A stretch of DNA of 64,000 nucleotides. Origin: an archaeon. GTDB taxonomy: Archaea > Nanobdellota > Nanobdellia > Woesearchaeales > GW2011-AR9. The stretch is taken from NCBI GenBank assembly GCA_018670085.1, contig JABHRS010000035.1:70189-134188 (forward strand), read 5' to 3'. Positions 8,711 through 19,480 of the stretch are shown here, one piece after another; positions within the stretch are counted from its first letter, which is position 1; the number at the start of each line of letters is the position of its first letter. Below the pieces are notes generated by a model. That model saw nothing but the letters and a program-made list of their open reading frames with translations, ran no database searches and had not been told where the DNA came from. The translations under genes were made by a program, and so were the position numbers.

Positions 8711-9343
8711 ATGAAAGAAAACAAACAAACCCAAAATTTATACAACGTTCTTGGCATTCAAAAAAACGCTAATCATGATGAGATTAAAAAAGCGTATAGA
8801 AATCTTGCATTAAAATATCATCCTGATAGAAATCTAAACAACCCCTCTTCTGAAGCAAAGTTCCGACAGGTAACAAAGGCTTATGAAACGTTAGGTGATT
8901 CAGACAGCAGACAAAAATATGACAAAAGTCTAAGATCATATACTTATATTGACGATACTGTAAATCAAACTTGGACGCCAAGACCAGAACCTACCAGGTC
9001 AAGAGACAGACCAAATTTTTTTGATAAACAACCAGGGTCTGTAACAGCAGAATATAGCTTCCAAATTACTGAAAAACATTTAGCATTTCTAGGTGTAACA
9101 GTCTGTACTTATTTAGGCCATGCTTTAGCAATTAGAAAAGGCTTTGACTCCGCTGTCTTTAATTTAATCAATCCAGACTTTATAATGAACACTTACCGCG
9201 AAATACAAACTAGCAAACCTGAACTTGCAAATTCACTAACAGGAATACTGGGTGCTGGTACTTTTTTGGTAGCTTCAACAATAGCTTTGAGTGCAGTTAT
9301 GTATGGAGAAGAACTTTATGATTATTTAGATTCTAAATTATAA
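8711..9343 (+). CDS. J-domain (DnaJ-like) protein with a C-terminal membrane anchor
   Basis: NLYNVLGIQKNANHDEIKKAYRNLALKYHPDRN...KAYETLGDSDSRQKYD contains the HPD tripeptide. Hydrophobic segments occur near the C-terminus. There is no Gly/Phe or zinc-finger region. Confidence 0.85.
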   Translation: MKENKQTQNLYNVLGIQKNANHDEIKKAYRNLALKYHPDRNLNNPSSEAKFRQVTKAYETLGDSDSRQKYDKSLRSYTYIDDTVNQTWTPRPEPTRSRDRPNFFDKQPGSVTAEYSFQITEKHLAFLGVTVCTYLGHALAIRKGFDSAVFNLINPDFIMNTYREIQTSKPELANSLTGILGAGTFLVASTIALSAVMYGEELYDYLDSKL

Positions 9344-9398
9344 AATAATAAACAATAGAATTAGCTTACTTAAACAAACAAAAAAACAAAAAATAAAT

Positions 9399-9956
9399 TT
9401 AATTCTCTCCTAAATAACCTTCATAAGGATGAGCTTTACTTTGCATATCAAAATATTTCTTAACCATAGATTGAAGATTAATCACCCGGTAATGCAGGCC
9501 ATCAAAATAAGTAGATTCAATATTTGGTCCCATAATTTGGGCATACCAAGTAGACATTTTTTTAATCAGCCAGCCATCACCCTTAAATTTTCTTTGCCAA
9601 TCAACATCCACGATATAATCAATTTTAACTTCAATCCTAGCATTGGTTAATTGTTTTTTACGACCATCAACATCAACTTTAACTTCAGTCATATCCCAAA
9701 CATGGATGTGAATTAAAATAGTATACTTAACAAAGTCAGTTACATTTTTTAGAAAATCAATTTTAATCTCTTGCTCAGCACCTTTGGGAGATGGAATTTT
9801 ATGTTTATATTGTTTTTCATGAACTTTATACCCATAATTTTTTCCCCAATCAATTAAAGCAGCATACAAAGTGTCAAAATCAAATAGTCCGTTATAACGA
9901 ACCCTCATTGAAGGACCACTCTGGTTACTGTAGGGAAAATTAGCCATACTAAACAT
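9399..9956 (-). CDS. Hypothetical protein (185 aa)
   Basis: An ORF with ordinary composition and no recognised motif. Confidence 0.55.
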   Translation of the reverse strand: MFSMANFPYSNQSGPSMRVRYNGLFDFDTLYAALIDWGKNYGYKVHEKQYKHKIPSPKGAEQEIKIDFLKNVTDFVKYTILIHIHVWDMTEVKVDVDGRKKQLTNARIEVKIDYIVDVDWQRKFKGDGWLIKKMSTWYAQIMGPNIESTYFDGLHYRVINLQSMVKKYFDMQSKAHPYEGYLGEN

Positions 9957-10153
9957 GAATAATTCAACGTATTTAAAGTAAACGATTTTTAAGAATAAAA
10001 AATAAAATATCTAATCAACAACATTTTATATTAAACATGTAAATTTGATTAAACATCACACCCACACCACAATAAAACATTTAAAGACATAAATCTAAAA
10101 TTTCTGAACAACTATTAAAAATTAAAAAAATAAAAATCATATTAAGAGGCATT

Positions 10154-12223
10154 ATGGTAAGAGCAAGGTGGAGTTCCAGAACAATTTTTCTATTCGCAGC
10201 AATTGGTTCAGCTGTGGGTCTTGGTAACTTATGGAGATTCCCATACCTAACACACAAATTCGGTGGTGGAGCATTTCTAATTCCATACCTAATTGCGCTT
10301 TTAGTTCTTGGTACACCATTATTAATTTTAGAATTTGCTGTTGGTCAAAAACTTCAAAAAGGTGCTGTTGACGCATTTAAAACAGTTCACCACAAACTTT
10401 CAGGAATAGGTTATGGAGCATTAGTTGCAGCATTCATTGTAGTTACCTATTACTCGGCAATTATGGCTTGGGCCTTAGTATATTTTATCAACAGTTTTCA
10501 ATCAAAATTACCTTGGGCAGTTGACCCTAGTGGATTTTTCTTCAACGGAGTTCTTCAAATATCAGAAGGAGTTGGAACATTTGGCGGAATTAACTGGCTT
10601 CTTTTCTCTGCATTAGCTGCAGTTTGGATTACAATATATTTCTGTGTTCGTCGTGGAGTAAAAAGTGTTGGCAAAATTGTTGCAATTACAATGCCACTCC
10701 CAATAATCTTACTTGTAGTACTTCTCTTAAGAGGGATTACTTTAAATGGAGCAGCTTCAGGGATCTGGTATTATTTAGCTCCAAATTTTGCAGCTTTACT
10801 TTCAACAGATATTTGGATTGCAGCAGCTTCACAAATATTTTTCACACTCAGTTTAGCTTTTGGAATCATGCTTGCTTATGCAAGTTACAACAAAGAAACT
10901 CAAGACATCTTAGGAGACGCATATATTACCGGCATTGCAAATTCAGCAATTAGTTTATTAGCAGGTTTTGTAGTTTTTAGTGTTCTGGGGTATATGTCAA
11001 CCACAACTAGCTTGCCAATTGAAGAAGTTGTAGCAGCTGGCCCAGGTTTAGCATTTATAGTTTTTCCTCAAGCCCTCTCACTTATGCCATGGGGAAATTT
11101 TTTCTCTGCATTGTTTTTCTTAACATTGCTTACTCTTGGAATTGATAGTGCTTTCTCCCTTGTTGAGGGTATTAACACTGCGATAATGGATAGAAGAACA
11201 AAAGATAATAAAAGAAAAGATCAAAAAACTTTGAAACGAATTGCTGCAATTGTTTGTACATTAGCATTTTTGATGGGGATTTTATTCACAAGTAGAGCAG
11301 GATTATACTATTTAGATATCATTGATCATTTTATCACCAATTTTGGATTAATCATGTTTGGAATTTTAGAATGTTTAGCAATAGGTTGGGTTTATGGTGC
11401 TGAAAAAATGCGAAACTACATCAATTCCACAAGTACAATGAAGCTTGGAAAATGGTGGAATTACGCAATCAAATACTTTATCCCTTTAGTTCTTGGGGTT
11501 CTAATTTTGGCTCAATTATACAAAGAAACCCAGGCACCATATGAAGGTTACCCTGCTTGGGCAATTTTAATTGGTTGGTTAAGTGTTGCAATTCCGATAT
11601 TAGTTGTTGCAGGTCCGTTGCTACTGTCTAAAAAGGATGTTAAAAATGATTCCAAGAAGGATACTAAAGAAGATCCAAAAAATGACACTCAAGAAAACAC
11701 TAAAGGTTCAACTGAAACCAGCAAAAATGTAGTTGAGAGTCCAAAAATAGAGACTGCAAAATTACAAGAATCAAATAAAATATTGAATGATACAAATCCA
11801 AAATCAGCTAAGCTTGAAGAAAAAATTGAAGAAAAAAAGGAAGACAAGGAAGAAAAGGAAAACAAAGAAGCTGAAGATAAATTAGCTGAAGAGTTATTGA
11901 ATAATCCTGATAATTTAGAAAAGTTAGAATTCGACGAAACAATTGAAGCTTCAATAGCAGCTGAATTAAATGATGAAAAATTCTATGAGTTCAAAAGAAA
12001 TAACAAATTAAAGAGAACTGAAAAAAAGAAAGCTCAAGAAGTTTCTAAAGAATCAGAAGCAAAAAAAAAAGTAGCAAAAAAAGAGAATATTAAGGTTAAA
12101 CCTAAAACTAAATCGAAAAAAGCAAAAACTACAGAATCCAAGAAAAAAGTCCCAAAAAAGAAAGCTGTTAAAAAGAAAAAAAGCACTACAAAGAAAAAAT
12201 CTACAGTTAAAGATAAAAAATAA
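10154..12223 (+). CDS. Sodium:neurotransmitter symporter (SNF/NSS) family transporter with a roughly 190-aa Lys/Glu-rich tail
   Basis: The N-terminal signature is WSSRTIFLFAAIGSAVGLGNLWRFPYL...GGGAFLIPY. About 11-12 hydrophobic segments follow. The tail KKDVKNDSKKDTKEDPKND...KKKSTTKKKSTVKDKK follows those. Confidence 0.92.
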   Translation: MVRARWSSRTIFLFAAIGSAVGLGNLWRFPYLTHKFGGGAFLIPYLIALLVLGTPLLILEFAVGQKLQKGAVDAFKTVHHKLSGIGYGALVAAFIVVTYYSAIMAWALVYFINSFQSKLPWAVDPSGFFFNGVLQISEGVGTFGGINWLLFSALAAVWITIYFCVRRGVKSVGKIVAITMPLPIILLVVLLLRGITLNGAASGIWYYLAPNFAALLSTDIWIAAASQIFFTLSLAFGIMLAYASYNKETQDILGDAYITGIANSAISLLAGFVVFSVLGYMSTTTSLPIEEVVAAGPGLAFIVFPQALSLMPWGNFFSALFFLTLLTLGIDSAFSLVEGINTAIMDRRTKDNKRKDQKTLKRIAAIVCTLAFLMGILFTSRAGLYYLDIIDHFITNFGLIMFGILECLAIGWVYGAEKMRNYINSTSTMKLGKWWNYAIKYFIPLVLGVLILAQLYKETQAPYEGYPAWAILIGWLSVAIPILVVAGPLLLSKKDVKNDSKKDTKEDPKNDTQENTKGSTETSKNVVESPKIETAKLQESNKILNDTNPKSAKLEEKIEEKKEDKEEKENKEAEDKLAEELLNNPDNLEKLEFDETIEASIAAELNDEKFYEFKRNNKLKRTEKKKAQEVSKESEAKKKVAKKENIKVKPKTKSKKAKTTESKKKVPKKKAVKKKKSTTKKKSTVKDKK

Positions 12224-12232
12224 AACTAATGA

Positions 12233-12886
12233 TTACTTTTGTAAACCAATTTCTAAACTATTCGCTCTGCTTTTAACCTTTGATGCCAAGAGTAACAATC
12301 TTCTCTCAGCGATATTAAAACTTTCACCACAATCCCAAGAACAAGGAAAATGACTGAGTAAACAAATATCTTCATCTCTTTTTGAAATATCTAATAAGCG
12401 TAAATCAATCTTATTTTTCAGACTGTTTTCTTCATGATCAATTGATTCTAATTCAGGGTTAGAATTTTCAGGGCCAAATCGGTGTAAAAAATATTCAATA
12501 CAACATTTTGGATATCCAAGCAGTTCCCCTAGTAATTGATCATTTCTTTGATGTTCAGATAACGCAGCTAATAAAGAACTTTTTTCATCTTTTGCGATAT
12601 AACAAATGATTGCACCACTACGTTTGTCAGATAAGTCTACTCTTTCCCCTTTGTTAGAAAAAGTCTCTCCTGTTTCTAAATCACTAAATATTATTTTAAA
12701 TTTGGATTTCACTAAAAAAAGATTATTTCCAGAACAATAATTTTCAACAGCAGAGATTTCATTTGAAAAAAATAATTGCCTCACAACATTCTTTTCATCA
12801 CTTTGTAAATAGACAATTTCATCAGCTTTCAATTTAGAACCAAATACACTCACCAGTTGATGATAGTGTTTATCATTTAGCGACAT
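12233..12886 (-). CDS. Hypothetical Cys-motif protein (LGYPKCCIEYF ... SHFPCSWDC)
   Basis: A long ORF with two conserved-looking Cys pairs that suggest metal binding. I cannot name the family with certainty. Confidence 0.55.
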   Translation of the reverse strand: MSLNDKHYHQLVSVFGSKLKADEIVYLQSDEKNVVRQLFFSNEISAVENYCSGNNLFLVKSKFKIIFSDLETGETFSNKGERVDLSDKRSGAIICYIAKDEKSSLLAALSEHQRNDQLLGELLGYPKCCIEYFLHRFGPENSNPELESIDHEENSLKNKIDLRLLDISKRDEDICLLSHFPCSWDCGESFNIAERRLLLLASKVKSRANSLEIGLQK

Positions 12887-13055
12887 GTTAGGATAGTATC
12901 ATTAATCATTTAATAAGTTTTATATCATTTAAGCTTAGAAAGAGTTTACTAAGTAAGGTTTAAGATTAGATTAAGATTAAGAAAAGAAAATAAAAAAAGA
13001 AAATGATTAAAAAATAAACCAGCAATAAACCAACGATAGATCAGCAAATATTCAC

Positions 13056-14018
13056 TCAACTAACAATCAAATCCCGATAGATTGAAAATGGATTTTGCCC
13101 ATCAACAATCAATTTTTTCACCAGATTATACCCTTTATCATGAATCCCATTAGCAGCAGGTAGTGTGGATACAAAAGCGCCAGCAAGCCCTGCGATATCA
13201 TTATCTCGAATTACATCCATCCAAGCAAAACTAAATGAGTATGCTTTAGCTTCTTCTAACGCAGGGTCATCAAGGGTTTTGCTAAGAACGTGACCAATCT
13301 CGTGTCCAACAGTTAACATAACTGAAGCCAAAGATCCTTCAATTACAAATATCTCTGACATTAATCCGAGTTGCCGCCTATTGTAGGAAACTCCAACAAC
13401 GCCTGGCATTGGACAAATCTTTCTAAACGCTGCAACTGATAATACTGAAACTTTAATGTCATCTGGGAAAGTCTCACCCATTAATTTTTCAAAGGTTTCT
13501 TTGATTTCACCCTCTATAACTGTTGCTTCTCCAACAAAAGTTCCACCAAATTTAGGATTAATGAACTCAATTGGATTAAAATCCATTTCAATATGTGTTA
13601 AAGAGGAATTACTACCAACACTCATTAAATCCAATGAAGATTCTTTGCCTCTTACAGCATTTGGATTTGCCCCATAACTTAACATGATATTCGATGCATA
13701 TCCTGGATTCATTCCAATCATATTAGCTCCAGCAGATAATCCTAAATCAGAATGTGAATAAGCCATACTTAAACTTGACTTTGAACTAAAATAAGAAGAA
13801 CTAAATGATGAAATCGATCGCGCTAAAGACGGTGCCTCAGCAGTTGATATTGAAGGACTGTAGAATGAAGAATCCGAAGACGAACGAACTGAACTTGCAC
13901 TATAGGTTACAACAGTGGATTTATGCACTGAAATTTCTAACTTAGACTCACTCATGTACATTCTAGTAGATTCTTGCGACCTGTATGTACTAGAGGAACT
14001 TTGTGACAAATATTTCAT
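13056..14018 (-). CDS. Putative zinc metallopeptidase (HExxH) with a Ser-rich N-terminal region
   Basis: The C-terminal half contains TVGHEIGHVL, followed by EEAKAYSF as a possible third ligand region. The N-terminal roughly 100 aa are Ser-rich low complexity. Confidence 0.55.
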   Translation of the reverse strand: MKYLSQSSSSTYRSQESTRMYMSESKLEISVHKSTVVTYSASSVRSSSDSSFYSPSISTAEAPSLARSISSFSSSYFSSKSSLSMAYSHSDLGLSAGANMIGMNPGYASNIMLSYGANPNAVRGKESSLDLMSVGSNSSLTHIEMDFNPIEFINPKFGGTFVGEATVIEGEIKETFEKLMGETFPDDIKVSVLSVAAFRKICPMPGVVGVSYNRRQLGLMSEIFVIEGSLASVMLTVGHEIGHVLSKTLDDPALEEAKAYSFSFAWMDVIRDNDIAGLAGAFVSTLPAANGIHDKGYNLVKKLIVDGQNPFSIYRDLIVS

Positions 14019-14112
14019 TATTTAACTAAGAAGAAGAATACAGCTAAAAAACCTTGGGATAAAGTGAGACAAATAAGTCAAGAATACTCGCGCATCCATA
14101 AATCACCAAGAT

Positions 14113-14226
14113 TCAAAAAAATCCCAATATTTTTAGAATTCCTAATATAATCCCAACAACTCCTAAAATAATTCCGGTAAATCCAAGAACATTTACAATT
14201 TTATTCCAATTATTCTTATTCACCAT
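14113..14226 (-). CDS. Possible 37-aa single-pass membrane peptide
   Basis: Hand translation gives MVNKNNWNKIVNVLGFTGIILGVVGIILGILKILGFF followed by a stop. It is below the track cutoff. Confidence 0.25.
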   Translation of the reverse strand: MVNKNNWNKIVNVLGFTGIILGVVGIILGILKILGFF

Positions 14227-14378
14227 AAACACAAATATCACCACTATATACATTTGTTATTAAAATATCTGATAAAATAAACTATTTAATAATTTCATAT
14301 ATACCAAATATATCGTTATATACATTGCACAGCAGAAAAAATAACTCAAGAGATAAACTAAAAAAAGAAAAAAGAAAA

Positions 14379-14921
14379 TTACTCAACTACAATTTCCAGC
14401 AGATAAGTTGTCAAAATCGCATCAACAAACAGATATGTATCTGCTTCTGTAAATGTGTAGCTATAACTTTCACCAGATTCTAACATACTACTTTTAATTG
14501 CTGTATGACTTTGTGTACCAATTAACATAGCTTGAGAAAAAGTTCCTTCCCTAGCATTGGCAAATTCCACTGTATCACCAACTGAGATACTTAATTCATC
14601 TGGCTCAAATCCACCGCTTACAAATTCAATTACATGATCAGCGGAGCTTGAATCTTCCACTACTGCTTCTTCAAGTTCAGAACTTTCTTCTTCAACAACT
14701 TCTTCAGTTTCAGATTCTTCTTCTTCAGCAACTTCCAATTCTTCTTCAACTTCTTCACTATCTTCTTGAACAACTTCTAACTCTTCTTCAGCTTCAACTG
14801 TTTCACCAGCATCTTCCCAGATAGATTCTTCAATTTCAGGAGAATCAACTGGAGTACAAGACCCAAGTAACAAAGCTATTGTCAACATTAAAAAAACACT
14901 ACTAATTAATTTTACTTTCAT
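14379..14921 (-). CDS. Secreted lipoprotein-like acidic protein with a C-terminal cupredoxin-like beta-sandwich
   Basis: I place the start at ATG 14921 (MKVKLISS...), five nt after TGAGGTG. The signal peptide ends in GSC. An E-rich linker follows. The C-terminus HVIEFVSGGFEPDELSISVGDTVEF resembles plastocyanin-like domains, but I do not see a full Cu-ligand set. Confidence 0.55.
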   Translation of the reverse strand: MKVKLISSVFLMLTIALLLGSCTPVDSPEIEESIWEDAGETVEAEEELEVVQEDSEEVEEELEVAEEEESETEEVVEEESSELEEAVVEDSSSADHVIEFVSGGFEPDELSISVGDTVEFANAREGTFSQAMLIGTQSHTAIKSSMLESGESYSYTFTEADTYLFVDAILTTYLLEIVVE

Positions 14922-14969
14922 ATGGCACCTCAATTTGTTAATATAAATAAAAAATAATAATCAATAAAT

Positions 14970-15434
14970 CTATTGAAACAATGCTGCAATGTCAACAGCA
15001 GCAAGCATCATAGAAAGTTTCATTTTTCTCCAAAATCCATCTGCTTCGTAATCAACTTCTCCAGTTGTGAGTCCATCACGAAGGGATTTTCCAAATGCTT
15101 CACCTGCATTTTCTTCTATAAAGGATTGTGAAACCTGAATTGTATAACCAGGCTCTTCTATAGCCCCACTACCAGCAGTTGTGATTATTCCAGATTCAAC
15201 AATGATATGATAAACTAAAGAATCACCATCTGCAAGAACAATTTGAATTTGTAATGTCTCATCACTGATAAAAGGCTGAAGCATGTTTGGAACTTCCTTG
15301 CCTTCAAATGTTGCAAGTTCTGACTCAAACTCATCAGTAAAACTTTCAAATCCACTGTTATCATCTACAACGGCAAAAGCAAAACTGAAGATTAAGCAAA
15401 ACATTAAACCAAAGATAATTACTTTATTTTTCAT
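14970..15434 (-). CDS. Secreted hypothetical protein
   Basis: I place the start at ATG 15434 (MKNKVIIFGLMF...), preceded by GTGAGGT. There is an N-terminal signal peptide. Confidence 0.55.
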   Translation of the reverse strand: MKNKVIIFGLMFCLIFSFAFAVVDDNSGFESFTDEFESELATFEGKEVPNMLQPFISDETLQIQIVLADGDSLVYHIIVESGIITTAGSGAIEEPGYTIQVSQSFIEENAGEAFGKSLRDGLTTGEVDYEADGFWRKMKLSMMLAAVDIAALFQ

Positions 15435-15445
15435 ATTATACCTCA

Positions 15446-17521
15446 CTAAATACATGTACATTTTTCACTAGCATCAGCTTCGCAAGTATTTCTCCCAGCA
15501 TCAGCAAACAAACATGTTTGAGAATAACTTTCACAAATATCATTACAAACACCTTCTTCATGATAAACAGTCGCTGAGTTTAACCAATCAAGTAAATCTG
15601 AATAACTCCAAAGAAATCCAGTGTATGCTTCTTGAACAACAACTGTTGCAAGTTCAGCGTCTGGTAGTACAATTTTAACACATTCATTTTCAAAGCAACC
15701 ATAACTGTCATCAGCTGGGTTACATTTTAAGTTATTACAATCATTATCAGCGCAATCAATTAGACCGTCTAAATCGTTGTCAACTGAGTCTCGGCATCCG
15801 TTTGCTGAAGATTCAGAGCAAGAGTATGTGTTTTGTAAAATATCATCTGGGAAATAACTTACGTCAGTACATTGGTAGTATGTTGTATAAATAGCATCAC
15901 TTTCACAATAGGATTCAGACAAATATTCAGCATCAATACAGGAATCTTCTAATGTCACATCCCTATTTCCACAATAACCATCTATTAAAGGATCATCACC
16001 ATCTGTATCACCCCCTATATCACCAGCCACAGTTCCAGCTGAAGAAGGCTCACCAGATAAATCAACACAATATGGTTCACCCATGTCACCACCGCAACCT
16101 TTACCACATTCGTAAACTATTCCCTTTGGTATATTACCATCACAATAAGTTTCCAATAAATGAGTTCCATCAAGACACTCATCCCTTGCAATAACGTTCC
16201 CATCAATATCTTCAAGTCTTCCATCATCTTCCAGTACTAAGCCCCCATCAGTATCTTCAAAACAAGTTGGAACAATATATTCTCCTGTACAAACATCAGA
16301 ACTACAAACCGATTCAGATTCCAAAGCACAAGAATAAATTGAATCCATAAAGTTACCAGATCCACTATTGCCATCTCCCATCATATCACAGTAAAAATCA
16401 TAATCAGTTGAAGAGCAAAAACGATTTGATGTGAAAGTTAAATCCTCTTCTTCAGACGATCCAGTGTAAAATCCATTAGTAGAGTTAATTACTACATTGG
16501 AATCAAAATCAATCTCACTTGAAACAGAAGTACCTAAAAAATAAAACCCGTTCTCTGCCCCTACGATGTAGTTATTTGAAACTGTAGTATCTGCATTCCA
16601 ACCAGTAAACTGGATACCAATACCAGCGTCCTCATCAACCCAAAAAAACTCATTTGAATCAATAGCAAACTCAGCACCAGAATCTGCAGTTTGCAAAGAG
16701 ATCCCATAGTTTTCCATATCTAAGAAATAGTTACCAGAGATTTCATGACTACCAACAGGATCATAATAATTTATCCCTGAACCATCATCCTCAAAATGAT
16801 TTCCTTTTACCTCAGTTCCAGAAACACCAGAATTAAAATCGATAGCAATACCAGCAAGGCTGATATCTTGTCCAGAATTGTAAAAATAATTATTCTCAAT
16901 TAAGATATTACTAGAATCATCAACAATAAAGATTTGATATACGGGATCAGTAGATGAAAATACTGAATCTGTTATGGTTAAGTCTGACACTGCATGCAAA
17001 GTATAAATATCATTATTTTGATTATCTGAAAAATCATCTACACCAGAAACAGTTACACCATCTCCAGATGAGATATACATCCCCTTATTATTCTGTGATA
17101 TACTGCCACCACTAACTTGCAGATAATTTCCTTCATACACGTAAATTCCCCATAAAAAATTCTCAATGTGACAGTTTACTATATTCACATTTTCAACACT
17201 AGAAACAGTTATCCCAATATCACTACCTGAACCAGATATACTGTAACCTTGACAATCCAAAGTTACTCCATCAGTTACAATACTCAAACCAGAAGATGAA
17301 CAAACCATATTACCATCCAGAGTAGTATCTTCACTAATTGGTTCACTACACTCAACTGTTGTTTCTGAAGCTCCAGATTCAGCAGCACCACTAGTTGGTT
17401 CTGACGCATCATCGGCTGTAGGATCATCACCTGACGTATCTTCTGCTGCTAACACAGTCCCACTAAGCACTAAAGAAAATAACACTAACAACACCACAAA
17501 ATATCTTAACCTTACCATCAT
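15446..17521 (-). CDS. Secreted right-handed parallel beta-helix (PbH1/NosD-like) repeat protein with a Cys-rich C-terminal region
   Basis: There is a signal peptide. Many roughly 22-aa repeats have N/G/I-V periodicity (NVNIVNCHIENF, ISQNNKGMYISSGDG, IENNYFYNSGQDISL, VSNNYIVGAENGFYF). The C-terminal 250 aa are rich in Cys and D-x-D motifs. Confidence 0.75.
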   Translation of the reverse strand: MMVRLRYFVVLLVLFSLVLSGTVLAAEDTSGDDPTADDASEPTSGAAESGASETTVECSEPISEDTTLDGNMVCSSSGLSIVTDGVTLDCQGYSISGSGSDIGITVSSVENVNIVNCHIENFLWGIYVYEGNYLQVSGGSISQNNKGMYISSGDGVTVSGVDDFSDNQNNDIYTLHAVSDLTITDSVFSSTDPVYQIFIVDDSSNILIENNYFYNSGQDISLAGIAIDFNSGVSGTEVKGNHFEDDGSGINYYDPVGSHEISGNYFLDMENYGISLQTADSGAEFAIDSNEFFWVDEDAGIGIQFTGWNADTTVSNNYIVGAENGFYFLGTSVSSEIDFDSNVVINSTNGFYTGSSEEEDLTFTSNRFCSSTDYDFYCDMMGDGNSGSGNFMDSIYSCALESESVCSSDVCTGEYIVPTCFEDTDGGLVLEDDGRLEDIDGNVIARDECLDGTHLLETYCDGNIPKGIVYECGKGCGGDMGEPYCVDLSGEPSSAGTVAGDIGGDTDGDDPLIDGYCGNRDVTLEDSCIDAEYLSESYCESDAIYTTYYQCTDVSYFPDDILQNTYSCSESSANGCRDSVDNDLDGLIDCADNDCNNLKCNPADDSYGCFENECVKIVLPDAELATVVVQEAYTGFLWSYSDLLDWLNSATVYHEEGVCNDICESYSQTCLFADAGRNTCEADASEKCTCI

Positions 17522-17599
17522 AAAGAAACAAGCATTATTGATATATAAAGATTACTTTAATTCACCAAACTAAACATAATTTGTATTCAAACATCACAC

Positions 17600-19480
17600 T
17601 CAAGATCTATGCTTACGAAACCTATGCATATAAAGCCACATTATCAAAACACCAAACAACAACCCTTGTAAAAATCCATTAATAAAATTCTTTGAATCCA
17701 AAGAGATTCCTAAATTTGAAAATACTTTCTCAACAAGTCCAGAACTTGCCTCTGGAAAATACATATTTAATTCACTCATCTCCAAAGCATATTCATAGTA
17801 GAGTAAAGCAGAATATGGACTTTCACTTTTCAAATTTTCTGCAAATAAATAATATGAATAACCCAAAATTGGAAACTGCCCTTCCTTAGTATTTCGCAGT
17901 AATGTTCTAAGAGCAGCCTCTTCTTTACCAACCAAATATTCCTCAGGCACCACTGTACCAAGACCAATACTACTAACAATAGACGAGCTTTCAGCTTTAG
18001 CTTGAGCTGCCTGAACCAAACAAAGTTCAAAGTCACCAGCTTCCCATGCATCTTGAGCTACATTAATTTTCTCCCCGATATAACCAATATCATAACCTGA
18101 AAAAAATAAAGTAGCATATCGATACCTCTCTTCAGCTTCCAAAATTTTTGCATGACAAGCTAACTGCAATGCATCTAAACTAATATCCAACTCCTTACCA
18201 TCCATCTCAAAAAATTCCATCCAAGTAATTGCTGACATTAACCTCTCATTTGCATAACTCAAAGCATAACTACTATTTTCAGATAAAGCAATCTCCATAT
18301 ATTCGCCAGCTTCCCGAAGCCGCTCTTTAACGACCATCTTAGTTTGCAAATCTGAAATTGTCAATAACTCTTCAGACTCTACTACTTGCTGCAAATAAGA
18401 AACATTTTGTGCCAATTTTTCAACAAGCAAGGATCTTTCTACAGGAGTAAGATTATAATTTTCATAGATTTGATAATTCAAATAAACATTTAATCCAAAA
18501 CAAGCACTAGCAGAAGCATAAAAATTTTCATCCAACCTAGCTAACACAGACACATTTTCCCGACTTTCAATTTCCATCAACACTTCTTCAGGAATATCCA
18601 AAAGATTTTCACTATAGCTTTTTTCCAATTGCTTCAACAAAGATTCACTTCGAAAACATAAGTTATCATCCAAGCCTTTCATAATCTCAATATAACTTTC
18701 ATCAACTTTGAGTTCACCAAGTTCAATTGTATAATTCTCACCAGTTAATTCAAATAACATATCAGATAAATCAACAACTTCAGTTGAAGAAATCCCCAGA
18801 ACATACTCAGAATAATCACGCAAATTTAGTTCAGGTGAACTAGTTAATTTTGGAAAATACTCTGGATAGATAGAACTCCAACTAGCAACATTACTTTCTT
18901 CAGAAGTAGAACTTATAGAGTCAGATTCAATTATTTCACTAAGCGCTCCAAGTGGAACTAATACTCCATCTAAATTCTCATCAGCTGCAGCTTCAATTTT
19001 ACTTTTCACTCCCCCAACTGGACCTACAGTTCCCCCAGAGTTAATAGTACCAGTTACTGCAATAGCCTCATTATGTTCTAAGTCCATTACTGCAATTGCG
19101 GTTAAAGCAGCTGTTGCGGATCCTGCACTAGGTCCTCCGATAATTGCAGTATCACTACGAATCGTATAAAAAAAATCATAACGGTCGCAATTTAAAGAAA
19201 AATAATCACAAGCAATATCTTTTGCATATCTAGTAGATGCTTGAGTATCAATTTTAGTGAGAGGAGTTGTATCTAAAAATACCCGACCACTACCTTCGCG
19301 CAGTTCCAAAAATAAATCAGCAGATTTTCCAACAGTAGTGCCGTCCTCTAAAGTTTGAACTGCTAATAATTCAATATGCCTTTCATCATATGGACTAGCT
19401 AAAATTAATGAAGAACAAAGTGTTAAAACCAAACATAAAAAGATTAAACAAACTACAAATTTTTGAAACTTAGAAACCAT
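17600..19480 (-). CDS. Membrane-anchored Lon-type (S16) serine protease domain protein without an AAA+ module
   Basis: GPSAGSATAALTAIAV...GTINSGGTVGPVGGVKSKIEAA matches the Lon proteolytic domain Ser-Lys dyad. There is an N-terminal signal anchor (start at ATG 19480, MVSKFQKF...), a long helical region and a C-terminal TM. No Walker motifs are present. Confidence 0.75.
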   Translation of the reverse strand: MVSKFQKFVVCLIFLCLVLTLCSSLILASPYDERHIELLAVQTLEDGTTVGKSADLFLELREGSGRVFLDTTPLTKIDTQASTRYAKDIACDYFSLNCDRYDFFYTIRSDTAIIGGPSAGSATAALTAIAVMDLEHNEAIAVTGTINSGGTVGPVGGVKSKIEAAADENLDGVLVPLGALSEIIESDSISSTSEESNVASWSSIYPEYFPKLTSSPELNLRDYSEYVLGISSTEVVDLSDMLFELTGENYTIELGELKVDESYIEIMKGLDDNLCFRSESLLKQLEKSYSENLLDIPEEVLMEIESRENVSVLARLDENFYASASACFGLNVYLNYQIYENYNLTPVERSLLVEKLAQNVSYLQQVVESEELLTISDLQTKMVVKERLREAGEYMEIALSENSSYALSYANERLMSAITWMEFFEMDGKELDISLDALQLACHAKILEAEERYRYATLFFSGYDIGYIGEKINVAQDAWEAGDFELCLVQAAQAKAESSSIVSSIGLGTVVPEEYLVGKEEAALRTLLRNTKEGQFPILGYSYYLFAENLKSESPYSALLYYEYALEMSELNMYFPEASSGLVEKVFSNLGISLDSKNFINGFLQGLLFGVLIMWLYMHRFRKHRS

